From Carcharhinus longimanus (taxonomy: Eukaryota): DNA of 57,315 nucleotides. The notes beneath the pieces were generated by a model. That model did not search any database, had not been told where the DNA came from, and saw only the letters and a list, made by a program, of their open reading frames with translations. The DNA lies in assembly GCA_030264375.1 (NCBI GenBank), contig JASCQW010000032.1, positions 30,356,095 through 30,413,409 on the forward strand, in the 5' to 3' direction. Position 1 is the stretch's first letter. Each line of letters starts with the position of its first letter. A program made the position numbers and the translations under genes. Below are positions 25,546 to 38,328 of the stretch, one piece after another.

Positions 25546-27039
25546 AAAGTTAACTATCACTGTTCAATTACTGCAAAGTAACATTCACAGGAGCATCAGT
25601 CAGTGTAGATCTGGGAGATAGGAAGATTGTGTGCAGGTCTCAGCAGCAGATGTTTAATTGCTATGCAAGCCAAATCCCAGAGGGAAACTTGACTTAATCA
25701 TCATAATCCCTATTTTGTATTTTGAAACAAGTAGAAACCTACTGATGTCAGTAGCATATAATTCCAATGACACATCTGGGAACTTAAAATAAATGTGAGA
25801 GATTTATTAACAAGAGGAAAAGAAAACTTTTGCAGACAAGATTACAATTACACGAAAAAATGTAGTCTTACAAAACATCCCTTATAAAAAAAACTTGGTC
25901 AGATCTGACAAGTAAACATCTTTCTGGCAACACTTTCTTCTAGAATTTTAGCTTTAATAAATCCAGTAATATCACCCAAAGAGAAAACACTGTCACTTTA
26001 GTACAGGTATACCACATGACTTCTCCTTCTCTCTATTTTGGAAATCCAAGAACAATAAAGCAGGACTACTTTCTGCAACAATAAACTTTTCTGGCTTGAC
26101 TGGATGGCTGATGCAAACTTTGCACCTTCAAGCAGAGCTGTTTTGGGAGGTCTTTCCACCACTGCCAATCCAACTCAGCCCAACATCTTTCTTTAAATAT
26201 CCATCTTCCCTTTCATCTTTGACTCCATTTTCCTTAGCACCTCTTTGAACTGAACCTTTTCAAAATATAAAAATCTTTCAATTATTTTTCCTATTGCTTC
26301 CCCTTTCAGGTCAAAAAGCCTTCCATTGCTAACTTATGAAACCGTTGAAAGTTGTAAAAGCCTTTTACTCACCTTTGAAAGTTAACAACTGAAAAATCTT
26401 GATCTTTCTCCTAATGCAAAGTTCTAAACTCTATTTACTTACTTACAAATCCATTTTACCACAGTTTCATTACAAATGCATGCATTTAGCACCTCTATCC
26501 GTTTTAATTGTCAACTTTCCCAGACAAGTTGTCTGCATTAACCTCTCTGTAGCTCAATTAAAAATTTAAATATACACACAAACACAGAGCCATTTTTGTC
26601 AATAACACAATCTTCCCAAAAATACAGTTTTAAAATCTGTTCTCACACCTAAATGTATCAAAGAAGAACTTTTGAAGGCACACGTGTCCAATCATTGTAT
26701 ATGACATGCACTTCTAAATATGTTCAATTGCATCGTGTTTAAGTTTGCTGCATTTTCATTACACTGAGTTGCTGCAATGGGTGCAAGGATTTGCAAAGTG
26801 TTGTACTTTGTTCCCTATCAGATTCCAGTGATATAGTTCTACCAATATGCCATTTACTTTCTCACATCACAGCACTATCATCACTGTGTATCTTGACTTG
26901 AATGTGTTTAAGCCATGGCTATCTTTTGTGAATGTGCAGTCTAGAAACACATCAGGCAACTCAGAAGATATTATTCACCTGATTTTTTGAGACTGTTGAG
27001 AATGCTGTCTGCAGTGTTTACAGCCAAGACATTGCATGT

Positions 27040-27600
27040 TATGCTGGTGTTCTGCTGAGAGTTGTCAGGAGGATGCAGAGGCCACAAGGAGAGTTAGAAC
27101 AAGTACATGACAGATGGAGTATATGGGTCAGAAACCCAAGGACCTCCTTCGTGGTCTGAAGATTGGAAACCAGTCTTTCCTAGATGTTGACAGAATGGTA
27201 AACATGGAAGCCAAATGGACCTGGCTATCCTTGTTCAAAATTAACTGTAAGCTAACATAAAGGTGCAAATGGCAAGGAAGAAGGCAAGTTGCCCTTGCTT
27301 GCAAGAGAGATTGAGTGTAGGATTAAAGAGGTCTGACAGGATTTGACTACAGCCTTGGTTCATCTTCTTACCTAGTGGAGGATAGCCCTCCCATCAAGAG
27401 ATTTACAACCAATATTCAGAATAGGCGCATGAAGGACGTTATCCATGGCTTGGTGTCCAAAACAAGGAGATACGGTTTCAGTGTTAGAGATAAGTCAAAA
27501 ACAGCTGTGTAGGAATTTCAACACCTAAAGGCTGATAAGTGTTGGGAGTCTCCATCCCTAGGGCAATAGGAGGGGTCTGCCATTGAGTATGCTGAACTAG
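27040..27600 (+). mobile_element. Old CR1 3' fragment
   Basis: Decayed WQMEY-like segment and ARxxEYR-like blocks followed by a CR1-like tail. Confidence 0.55.
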
Positions 27601-27659
27601 TAAATCAAATCAATTTGTAGCTAAAGAGCCCGGACCCTCGAGGATATAAACTGGCACAC

Positions 27660-28750
27660 TGTTATGCCCTTCCTCCCAAAAGCTTTGCCTCTTTCTTCTG
27701 TCCCCGTCCCTCTGTTCCTCATCCTCAGCCTCGGTCAACGTTTATGGCAGCTCCCGATCTTGCTAATGATCTCAATGTCAGGAAGCAAACCTGCTGCCGC
27801 CTAGGCTTCACCGTAGAGAACACATGCAAACATGGTTTTCATCCCGTTAACTCACGACTATTAGTGTGCTCACCATTAACTCCACCCACCCAAAACAAAC
27901 TTTCTTCCATTTTGTAGCATCATATTTCCAAAATGACTGTTTTGAACAACACATCTGAAAAATGTTGACCGCCACATTTCCGATCTAGTCCATCACTTTC
28001 TACCGCACTCCCATCATGCATCAACTTCCCCCCATCATCTTTGACCAACCCAACAGAATTATTTTTCTATTCTTACCCTTCAGCCTTCCCCCATTGCCCT
28101 TAAGTCTACAATCATCACCCACAACATGCCTTCTCTCCCTTCTGAACCTACACCCATTACTGTCCCTATGCTCACTAACTCCTCTCATTATCTAGGCTGC
28201 CTGTTTTGTACATTTCCTTCACAACTCTCCCTTTACCCCCCAATCTCAGAGACCATGCACCACCTGACCATGAATATGGACCTGCTACCCTACCACATCC
28301 CACTTCCCCTCTCACTGTGACTGTTCTTTATGCTGCCCAATACCCTCAGTTCAACTCCCAGGACCCCACCAATCCTGACCTTTAGGATCATTTTTCTTCC
28401 ACCATCCCTACACAGCCTCAACACCCAACATGCACTGTTCTTTCCTTCCTCCCAAGGTCCTGCCATTCCCGCCTTGTTTCCCTTTGCGTCTGGATTGTTT
28501 GGCCTCCTTCTCTGGACATGATCCCTGCCCCAGTTAAGTGTGGTTTTCTTTCTGTGGAAACCCTCTTTTTTTGCCTGGCCCTTTTGCCTGGGCCCGATTC
28601 CATTCTTCCCTAATGTCCCTGCCTCCCTTACCTAGCCTATTTCATCCTTGCCCAGTAGACTCTATTATTCCTCTCTTGGTCATCTTCCCTGTACCTCAAA
28701 AAACTGATCCAAACTCAATCATAGCCCATATAGAACACTCCCGAAAAAGG
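27660..28750 (+). mobile_element. Pyrimidine-rich, probable L2-like LINE relic
   Basis: C/T-rich plus strand with no intact ORF; call based on composition only. Confidence 0.3.
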
Positions 28751-28909
28751 GCAAGGTAGCTGCTACTGACTGCAAAGTCCAAGAAGATGACTACCTTACC
28801 TGATGCACTCCACTTACATGCAGCTGTGAATCTGAAAGCACATAATTCTCATTCATAGAAGACTTAATTCAGAGGGCAAACTTAATTCCGGCAATTTAGC
28901 CTTTTAATG

Positions 28910-29039
28910 AGAATGCATGACACGCAAAGGGATGGATAGGGTAGAGGTACAGAGATACTTCCCGCTTAGAAAGGATAGCAGGACTAAAGGGCACAGCCTC
29001 AAGATAAGGGGGGGGCAGTTTAGATTGGAGTTGAGGAGG
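28910..29039 (+). mobile_element. CR1 3' fragment running into a gap
   Basis: KGMDRVEVQRYFPLRKDSRTKGHSLKIRGGQFRLELRR. Confidence 0.8.
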
Positions 29040-29919
29040 NNNNNNNNNNNNNNNNNNNNNNNNNNNNNNNNNNNNNNNNNNNNNNNNNNNNNNNNNNNNN
29101 NNNNNNNNNNNNNNNNNNNNNNNNNNNNNNNNNNNNNNNNNNNNNNNNNNNNNNNNNNNNNNNNNNNNNNNNNNNNNNNNNNNNNNNNNNNNNNNNNNNN
29201 NNNNNNNNNNNNNNNNNNNNNNNNNNNNNNNNNNNNNNNNNNNNNNNNNNNNNNNNNNNNNNNNNNNNNNNNNNNNNNNNNNNNNNNNNNNNNNNNNNNN
29301 NNNNNNNNNNNNNNNNNNNNNNNNNNNNNNNNNNNNNNNNNGGGGGGTAGATCTAAAAGAAATATAGGCAGTGTTTGTAAACAAAATAGGGCAGGACAAC
29401 ATGTGAAAGAATAAAGGCGAGATATTGATAGCAAGGGGATATAGAGTTATATAACAGGAGTATAAAAAGATGGTTAAGCGTAAAATGACACGGAATCCTA
29501 TTAAAGTTAAACCATGTAGAGCAATGAATCAGGTCCATAATAAAACATGAGAGCTGAAGGAGCCAAATATAGTCCAGATTATTGACAAAGCCAAAGGAAA
29601 ATCAAACATGGGAATTAAACACAGCAAGATATAGCATATTTAGAAAAGATAGAGAGGGGAAAGGAGATGGACTAGCATCAGCAAGACAAAACTGGAATGC
29701 ACATGGAGAATGATTAAAACTATAAAGGATCAATCACACTAATGGATGTCGAGAATAGACCACCGAATAAAAGGGAGCAGAGGAAGAAATATGTAAATAA
29801 ATCATGAGTAAAAATAGAACAATGATGGGAAATTTCAATCACCCTGATATTATTTGAATAGAAGGGGATAAGGGCATTGAGTTCCTACAATGTGAAATAA
29901 GTGTTCTTGTTTTTGTTTT

Positions 29920-30290
29920 ATGGCCTTGTGAACCTGCAATGGAACCTTTAGTGATTGGTGCATTTGTACTCCAAAATCTCTTTGTTTCTCTGTCCCACTG
30001 AAATTTGCATCTTCCAATTAATAAGTGATCTCCCTGTTCTTTCTACCAAATTATGCCACCTCATACTCATCTGTGTTGAACTTCATTTGCCAGTTATGCA
30101 AGTTTGTTAATGTCTTCCTGCATTTTGTTGCAGTCATCCTCAATATTGACTTTCCTCCTAATTTAGTGTCAACTGCAGATTTAGAAATTGCATTTCAATT
30201 CTAAAGTCCAAATCATTAATGTAAATTTGTGAACAGTAGTGGTCCCAGCACTGATTCTTGTGAAACACCTTTTTTCAGCTCTTCTTGTGA
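29920..30290 (-). mobile_element. Nested CR1 RT fragment
   Basis: Minus-strand SAGTT/GPLLF-like and KFNTDE-like blocks. Confidence 0.65.
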
Positions 30291-32075
30291 AGCACGCTTT
30301 ACAAAACATTTTCCGGGCGCAACATGTAAGAAGGGCAACAAGGGAAGATTCATTATTTTTTCTAGTAATAGGGAATGAACTTGAGTAGATAAGAGAAAAG
30401 TAGTTGAACATCTAGGAAATAGTAACCATAATATAATGTGCTTTAAGATAGTGATGCAGAAGAAAGTAGATATGATGAAAACCAGATTAACAGATAAAAA
30501 AACAAGCTAAACACTAGTGAATGAATAAAGACAAAGGACCAACTGAGGATTAGGAAAGAGGCATATATCAAGGACATAGACAACAGAAAAACATGAGGAT
30601 TTTCATAGTAACTTCACTGCAGTGTTAGTGTAAGCCTACTTGTGACACTATAAAATAAATTTAACCACATGGTAAGAGGGAATATGAAAAAATTAGGAGA
30701 GATGGCAAAAATAATCAGGAAGTCAAACAGCAACTATGAAATAAATGATCAAGGAGCATAAAACAGAATAGTAAAATACTTCATAAGCACATTAATATAA
30801 AAGGAAGACTACGAAGGGAATAGGATCATTAAACTAGACAGGATATTGCCACTTGTAACGACAGAGATGGCAGAAATATTACTTTGTAATTACTAGGAAG
30901 ACAGAACAGATAGACATGACATTGAATTATGAGATAAGTGCATTTAATATAAAAAATAGGATGTATTGAATAAACAAATTCAAAAGAGAATAAAACACCT
31001 GGTCTGAATGAAGTTCAACTGTCTATTTTAAAATAATCTAAAGGAGATAGCAGAGGCATTACTTCACATATTAGGGAAAAAAGTAGTGCCAGAGGACTGG
31101 TGGATAGCTATGATAGTGATGTTTCTATGGGCCATAACTTCTGAACTCCCATGTGGATTCGGGAGGGTATGCCAAAGATGCAGTGAGGAATTCCTCTCGG
31201 AAGTTCAAAGGTAAAGATTTACTGAGCAAACTTCCTCTGGGTAATTGCTCTGTGCTGGGAACCATACAAGAAAGAAATTTAAACTTTGGATGGCTCTGAC
31301 TGTGTAACACTATAGTTATCCAGAAAAGGTTACACAAATTTTAAAAAACCTCAACTTCTGGGTAACTATTTGTAAAGACATAGGAAGCCACCACATGAGA
31401 CTCTCTCCACCCCCACACCCATCAGAAAGCTCCTGATTATCTCNNNNNNNNNNNNNNNNNNNNNNNNNNNNNNNNNNNNNNNNNNNNNNNNNNNNNNNNN
31501 NNNNNNNNNNNNNNNNNNNNNNNNNNNNNNNNNNNNNNNNNNNNNNNNNNNNNNNNNNNNNNNNNNNNNNNNNNNNNNNNNNNNNNNNNNNNNNNNNNNN
31601 NNNNNNNNNNNNNNNNNNNNNNNNNNNNNNNNNNNNNNNNNNNNNNNNNNNNNNNNNNNNNNNNNNNNNNNNNNNNNNNNNNNNNNNNNNNNNNNNNNNN
31701 NNNNNNNNNNNNNNNNNNNNNNNNNNNNNNNNNNNNNNNNNNNNNNNNNNNNNNNNNNNNNNNNNNNNNNNNNNNNNNNNNNNNNNNNNNNNNNNNNNNN
31801 NNNNNNNNNNNNNNNNNNNNNNNNNNNNNNNNNNNNNNNNNNNNNNNNNNNNNNNNNNNNNNNNNNNNNNNNNNNNNNNNNNNNNNNNNNNNNNNNNNNN
31901 NNNNNNNNNNNNNNNNNNNNNNNNNNNNNNNNNNNNNNNNNNNNNNNNNNNNNNNNNNNNNNNNNNNNNNNNNNNNNNNNNNNNNNNNNNNNNNNNNNNN
32001 NNNNNNNNNNNNNNNNNNNNNNNNNNNNNNNNNNNNNNNNNNNNNNNNNNNNNNNNNNNNNNNNNNNNNNNNNNN

Positions 32076-32150
32076 CCCTAGACACATCCTCATAAAACTC
32101 CAGTAAATTTGTCAGACACGACTTCCCTTTAACGAAACCGTGCTGCGTCT
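32076..32150 (-). mobile_element. Well-preserved CR1 RT fragment entering a gap
   Basis: TQHGFVKGKSCLTNLLEFYEDVSR. Confidence 0.85.
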
Positions 32151-34019
32151 GCAAGTAACAGAGATCTAGATAAATCATAGTTGATGTGATTTATTTAGAT
32201 TCTCAAAAGGCCTTTGATAAGATGTCCCATAACAGATTAATGAATAAGGGGTGAATAAATGTGGAGTCACTGAACAAGGGGCAGAATGGATTGCTGGTTG
32301 CCTTCTAGACAGAAAGTGGAGAGGAGTTATTCAGAGTGGCAGAAGATGAAAAATAGTGTTCCACAAGGATCAGTGCTGGGACCACTGCTGTTTATAATTT
32401 ACATTAAAGATTTGGACTTCGGAATCAAAAACACAATTTCTTAAACTGCAGTTAATTCTGGAGAGAATTTGAGAAGGACTGCAACAAATTACAGGAGAAC
32501 ATTAACAAACTTGCAGAATTGGCAAATAATTGACAAATTAAGTTCAACACAAATGAATCCAAGGTGGTTTATTTTGTTATGAAAAATAAGGAGGTTCATG
32601 TCTAGATGGGGTAGAGAAACAAAGGGATCTTGGAGCAGAAATGCATTGAACACTAAAAATTCCCCTACAGGTTTGCAAGAATAAAAGGAAACCAAGTACT
32701 AGGCTTTATTTTTAGAGGGAAAAAATTGAAAAGTAGCAAAGTTATACTATACCTACACTGAACTTTGGTTAGACCACACTTAGGAGTACTGCATGTAATG
32801 CTAGCTGACATTTTATGAAAAGGATAAAGGGGGTGTTAGAAGAGGTGCAGAGATTTACAAGGATGATACCAGATGTATGGACAAAAAACAACAGGATGGA
32901 TCCTGTTTCTCATGAAAAAAAGGCTGGGGGGTAACCCAATAGAGGTATTTAAAATTGTGAAGGATTTTGATAGACTGGATACAGAGGGAATGTTTCTTTT
33001 TGTGGGGAAGAGCATAATGAGAGGCCAGCAACTAAAATAGTCAAAGAAATTTAAGAGGGAATTCAGATGAAATTTCTTTACCAAAGAGCAGTTAGAATGT
33101 GGAATTGTTTACAACAAGCAAATAAGACAGATACATTTAAGGGGAAGCTAGATATACATGTGAGGAAAATAGTAGACTTTGATTAGGATAGATGGGAGGA
33201 GGCTTGTGTGGAGCATGGACACTAGCATGGACTGCTTGGGCAGAATGGTCTGTTTCTGTGCCATATATGCTATGTGATCATACATGTTTGTGACCTTTCA
33301 AGTCACCATCTTGCAAAATTAAAAATGACATTTGAAGATAGTTACTCAAGTATTGTCTTTTACTTTTAAGTATTTGAGCAATCATTCTGCATATCACAAT
33401 GATCAATCACCACAAAATGTCCATATTCTTTAGAATTCTAAGGTGTAGAATTATCTGGTGTAGAAGTACTAACTGAAAATAATATTTTATCCCACTCGTG
33501 TGATGAGGTGAGATCAGCTGAGGAGATTAAATACGTCGTCATAAAGGAGGGGTTATATTGTAATGACATGGTAGTTTCTGTTTTATGCTATGTTCATTGG
33601 TTCTGAAAATGAGCACAAGAGTCCAGCATTAATGATAAGAAAGCCTAGAATTCATGCACAAAAAATGTCATAAAATAGTAGATTCTTGAATGGAGATTAC
33701 ATTAAATGTTTAGATTTGATTGTAATTTAAAGCTACAATTAGAAAGATTTTAGTGATAATATAGTACAGTATTCCAAACAGCTTGCTATTTCTTCTGCCA
33801 GTTTTACGCTTTAATTCCTGAATGGAATCAGAATAAGTTTTTTTTCTGAAAAACTGAAAATCAAATCAGAAACAAACACAGATTTCTACATTTTTTGGGA
33901 TACAAGCTCATTCATTAAAAGCTTTGAAAATACTGACAATTTCAACATGACATTTTTTTGTATTATTTACAGTGTAAGACGTAAAAAATCACAGTTGTAG
34001 AGCCAGGTTTCCAACCTGG

Positions 34020-34250
34020 GCTGTTAATTTCCTGATTTGAAAATGGATATAATTGTGTTTGAAATAGTTCAGAGAAGATTCACTCAACTCATTCTTGAAA
34101 TGAAAGGCTTATCTTATGGAGAAAGGCTGAAAAGGTTGGGTCTCTACCCACTGGAGGTTGGAAGAGTGAAAGGTGATCTTCCTGAAACATGCAAGATCCT
34201 GAGGATAATTGATAGAATAGATGTTTCCTCTTGCAGGGAAGACTAAAGAC
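34020..34250 (+). mobile_element. CR1 C-terminal fragment
   Basis: EIVQRRFTQLILEMKGLSYGERLKRLGLYPLE..RVKGDLPETCKIL. Confidence 0.85.
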
Positions 34251-35769
34251 TAGGTGTAGGGGTGGAATTCTCCCTTTTAACACTATGTCTCATGTCTCGG
34301 AGAAAACATGAAGCATTTTCCACTGTGAAGGCAGTGTCAGTAGAAGACTGTTAACAGAACATCAACAGCAATAAAACCATCACAGAAATGTAATCAAAAA
34401 ATAACAGAGAGCCTGGCAATGTTGCTTCTTCCATAAGACAACACTAATTGCAAAGTGCAGCTCTCAAGTGATAATGTTTCAGTACAGTAGCTAAATGATG
34501 GAAATCACATTTGGTGATAATTACATCTATAGAGACAATAGCTTCATTGTTGAACCTCTTTAAGTGATCTATAAACACAACTGGAAAGACATTCTCTCAG
34601 TTTTATATTTGATAAGTTATGAAGTATTCACATTTAATTTTAAAACCATACTCTGTTAAAAGCTATATATTCACCACATATTTATAGTTGTATTTTGAAA
34701 CATTAAGTTTGGATTTAGGGTACAGTTTGCTACACTTCCAGTACTAAGCACTGACATTCTCCAATCATTAGACTGAGCCCGCAGAGAACAGTTGTCAAAA
34801 ATCCACAGAAACAGGCTAATGATGGTTGCACCTGGAATTCATTAACCCACCATAAAATTTAGCACCTATATTGTAACTTAAAAAAAACATTACAACACAG
34901 TTACATGCCAAATTTAATTGCAAGAAATTATCTCTCCTATTAAGGAAATATATTTTAGTGTGTACTACAATTTACTGTTTCCTGTTAAGTATTGAGAGAT
35001 AATCACTTTTCATTTGAACATTCAAAGTCAATTAAGTGCAGCTATGGTTAAAGATTTAAAAAATAGATTTTTTTTCTTCAACAGTTGTAACTAATTATGA
35101 TTTACCCAATTCACATATGGTACCTTTATTCAGTTCAACCTATTGAATCTAAGTGGGGTCCTGGGACAAGCAATAAATCATATCCAAGCAGTGGAGAGAC
35201 TGCTTCAACTATAACTGTTGAGATAGAAACCATCTGCTACCTGTACAGCTGGAGGGGAAAAAATCACTTCAACAGAAATTTAATCCTTTAACAGAGTTAC
35301 AGCTTTGACCTGACCACTGAGTTATGTACTGTTACCAATTAAAAACTCTGCTTCATTTTGTATTATGCAAGTCTTTGGTGTGGTCACCTCTAGACCTTGC
35401 ACTAATTATCCCCCAATCTCCATTCATTTCCCTCCACAAGAGGTGCAGCTAAAGGCATGACAGACTCTCCTATAGTCACCATGACAGGCAAAAGGTTGGC
35501 ACTGTAGGATACACTAATTAAGATTCAGCTAAGTGCCTCAAAGAACTAGTCATTTTATTTTAGCACCAAGTTATCTGTGTTCTGCCCTACAGCTCAAAGA
35601 AAACAAATTGCACAATCTGGCATGACACATGGTGGTTTTCTTAATGGAGAAGAATAACATGTAAATAAGGAAAAGTGAAAAAGGCATAAAAGGAGGAAAT
35701 AGAAAAAGGTAAGGATAGATTTAAAAAGAATAAGTAGCATCCTGACAGCTTAACGGATAAAGATCTTGC

Positions 35770-35960
35770 CAATTTAGCAGTAAGCCATACTAACCAGAAA
35801 GTCCTGGATTCCATTCCTGATCCATGTCAAGTTTCCTGATGTCAACTGGTATCCAACAGATCTCCACTTCCTGGGAAGTGGAAACATTAGCCAACCCCAC
35901 GAGAAAATGCTCAAATGTACATCAGGCATGGCCAACATGATGCTTAACTGCAATGTGATC
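35770..35960 (+). mobile_element. Degenerate tRNA-derived SINE (LF-SINE-like)
   Basis: agccatactaaccagaaagtcctggattccattcctg resembles a recalled LF-SINE-type head. Confidence 0.35.
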
Positions 35961-36259
35961 TAATTTTATATCAACCAGGGGAAGGGGTAGAGGATGGCGA
36001 AAGTGTGGAAGTGGAATTTAGCTGTCAAAATAAATATTCCAAACATCTCCAATTGTTCTTGGGATCTTACAACATTGGCAAAGTCGCATTTCTATTGCCC
36101 ATACCTGGCTATCAGAAGAAAATTCTTGTCCTGATGTTAGATTTTTTAAAAATCCAGGATTTTACTTTATCTGAAATCTTTCTTGTTACGTAGTTATTAC
36201 AGCACAAACAGTCCAATGAATTCATGTTGACTCTCTGAAGAGAAAGCCAGTTGATCCCA

Positions 36260-37500
36260 TTCTTCTGCTTTTGGCCTTGTACAGTTATTTCCAAATGTCC
36301 ATGCGCTTATTTTTTGAAATCATTCATCAACCTTTGCTTCCACTGGTCATTATCACTCGATACATACAAAAAGTTCTTCCTAACATCCCTTCTGCATCTT
36401 TTGCCCAAAATCTTAAATTGTGTCTCCTTGTCCTTGCATGATTAGCCAATAGAATTACTTTTCATTGTTCGCATGATCAAAATCATTCATAATCTTATAC
36501 ACCTTTATCAAATCTTCCCATAATCTCCTTTGCTCCAAGTAGAATAACAATCTTCTAGCTAAAATACCTCACCTCTTAAACCATTCTGGTAAATGTCTTC
36601 TGCACCTTCTCAAAGACCTTTGCATCCTTCCTAAAGTGTAAAATTCTAGTCTGGTCTAACCAGAGCTTTGTTGAGGTCCGGCTAATCTTCTCCGTTTTTG
36701 TACTCCATACCTATCTCTATTTATGAAGCCCAAGATCCCATATGCTTTTCTAATTGCACTCTCAATAATGTCCTGCCACTTGAAAAGAACTATGCAAATA
36801 AACTCCCAGATCCTTCTGTTCCTGCACACCCTTCAGACTATTCCATCAAGGTTATATTGCTTCTGTCTATCCCTTCTGTCAAAATGCAATGTCAGAAACA
36901 TCTGTGTTACATTATATCTGTCACTTCTCTGCCCATTCTATTGGTCTAGGTTCTGTTGCAGTGAATTGGCATCATCTATTTTGCTACACCTCTAAGTTTG
37001 GTATCATTGGCAAATTTTGAAATCTGACTCTGTATTTCATTATACAAGTCACTTGAAAATGTCAAAAACATTTTCTAGTGGTCCTAGCATTGACTCTTGG
37101 GACGACCATTGCCCACTATCCCCCAGTCTGAAAAATGGCCATTAATCACAACTCACTGTTGCCTCTCCATATGCCATTTCTTATGCAAACTGACATTTTC
37201 CCTCATATTCCATGAGCCTCAATTTTGTTCACCAGTTTTTTTTTTACATGCTGCATTATCAAATACTTCCTTAAAATCCATTTAGATAGTATCTGCAACA
37301 TTCCCTTTTTCAACCTTCTTGACTATCCCAATTAGATTAGTCGAGCACAATCTACATTTTACAAGTCTGTGTGGGCTTTCTTTAATTAACTCAAACTTCT
37401 ACAAATACCTATTGATTGATGTTTCCAAAATCTTACCCACATTTCATGCTAAGCTGTAGTTACAAGGAACGCCCTTCCCTTTCTTCAGTAAGGATCCCCT
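36260..37500 (-). mobile_element. Decayed CR1 RT-to-tail fragment
   Basis: Minus-strand PQESMLGP-like and YMDFKEVFD-like blocks plus tail. Confidence 0.7.
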
Positions 37501-38079
37501 ATTATATGTCATTTATATAACCGACATTAAAAACCACGTGGGAGAGGTAGGATTAGAAAATTTGGGGATGACACAAAGGACGGATGGTTAACAGCGAGGC
37601 ACTGTGTTTTGGGCTACCAGATGATATAGATGAAATGGTCAAATGGGCAGATAAGTGGCAAACAGAATTTAACCCTGAAAAGTGTGAGGTGATACACTTT
37701 GGAAGGAGTAATTTGACAAGGAAGTACTCAATAAATGGCAGGACCCTAGGAAGTTCAGTGGAGCAAAGGGACCTTGGCATGTTTGTCCAAAGATCTCTGA
37801 AGGGAGAAGGGCATGTTAGTAGGGTGGTGAAAAAGGCATATGGGACACTTGCCTTCATCAATCACGGCACAGATTACAAAAGCAGGGAAGTCATGTTGGA
37901 GTTGTATAAAATTTTTGGTGAGGCCACAGCTAGAGCACTGTGTGCACTTCTGGTCGCCACATTATTGGAAGAATGTGATTGCACTGGAGGGGATGCAGAG
38001 AAGATTCACCAGGATGCTGCCTGGGGTGGAACATTTAAATTATGAACAGAGGTTGGGTAGGCCTGGGTTGTTTTTGTTG

Positions 38080-38328
38080 GAAGTCTCACAACACCAGGTT
38101 AACGTCCAACCAGTTTATTTGATAGTAAACCCACAAGCTTTCGGAAACGGTGTTCCTTCGTCAGGTATGTGGAAGGTTCTGATCAGAGAAAAGCATATAA
38201 AGACACACACAGTTTACAGGATACTGATTAGAATGCAAGTCTTTACAGCTAACCTGCTCTTCAAGTCTTAAAGACGCAGACAATGTGAGTGGAAAGAGGG
38301 TTAAGCACAGGTTAAAGAAATGTGTATT
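38080..38328 (-). mobile_element. Penelope-like element terminal (pLTR) fragment
   Basis: gaagtctcacaacaccaggtt...tttgatagtaaac...aagctttcgg shared with 40812-40948 and 51328-51523. Confidence 0.75.
38131..38172 (-). ncRNA. Minimal type I hammerhead ribozyme motif (Penelope-associated)
   Basis: Minus strand ccacatac-CTGACGA-aggaac-acc-gtttcc-GAAA-gctt-gtgg: both core boxes, stem II, and palindromic AAGCTT in place of helix III. Confidence 0.7.

Larger units (their letters stand above)
29342..33285 (+). mobile_element. Long decayed CR1 (endonuclease to 3' tail) with nested insertions
   Basis: MGNFNHPDI (~29825), PEDW (~31090), VDVIYLDSQKAFDK (~32180), VPQGSVLGPLL (~32358), VRPHLEYC (~32768), tail at ~33280. 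Confidence 0.8.

Noticed and set aside
26040-26260. Purine-rich minus-strand stretch considered as a PMS1 exon
   Set aside because: Stops in the frames examined and no similarity to PMS1
31366-32178. Long ORFs in the track that cross N runs (also 17096-17710, 28896-29434, 53996-54539)
   Set aside because: Their length comes from N runs translated as X
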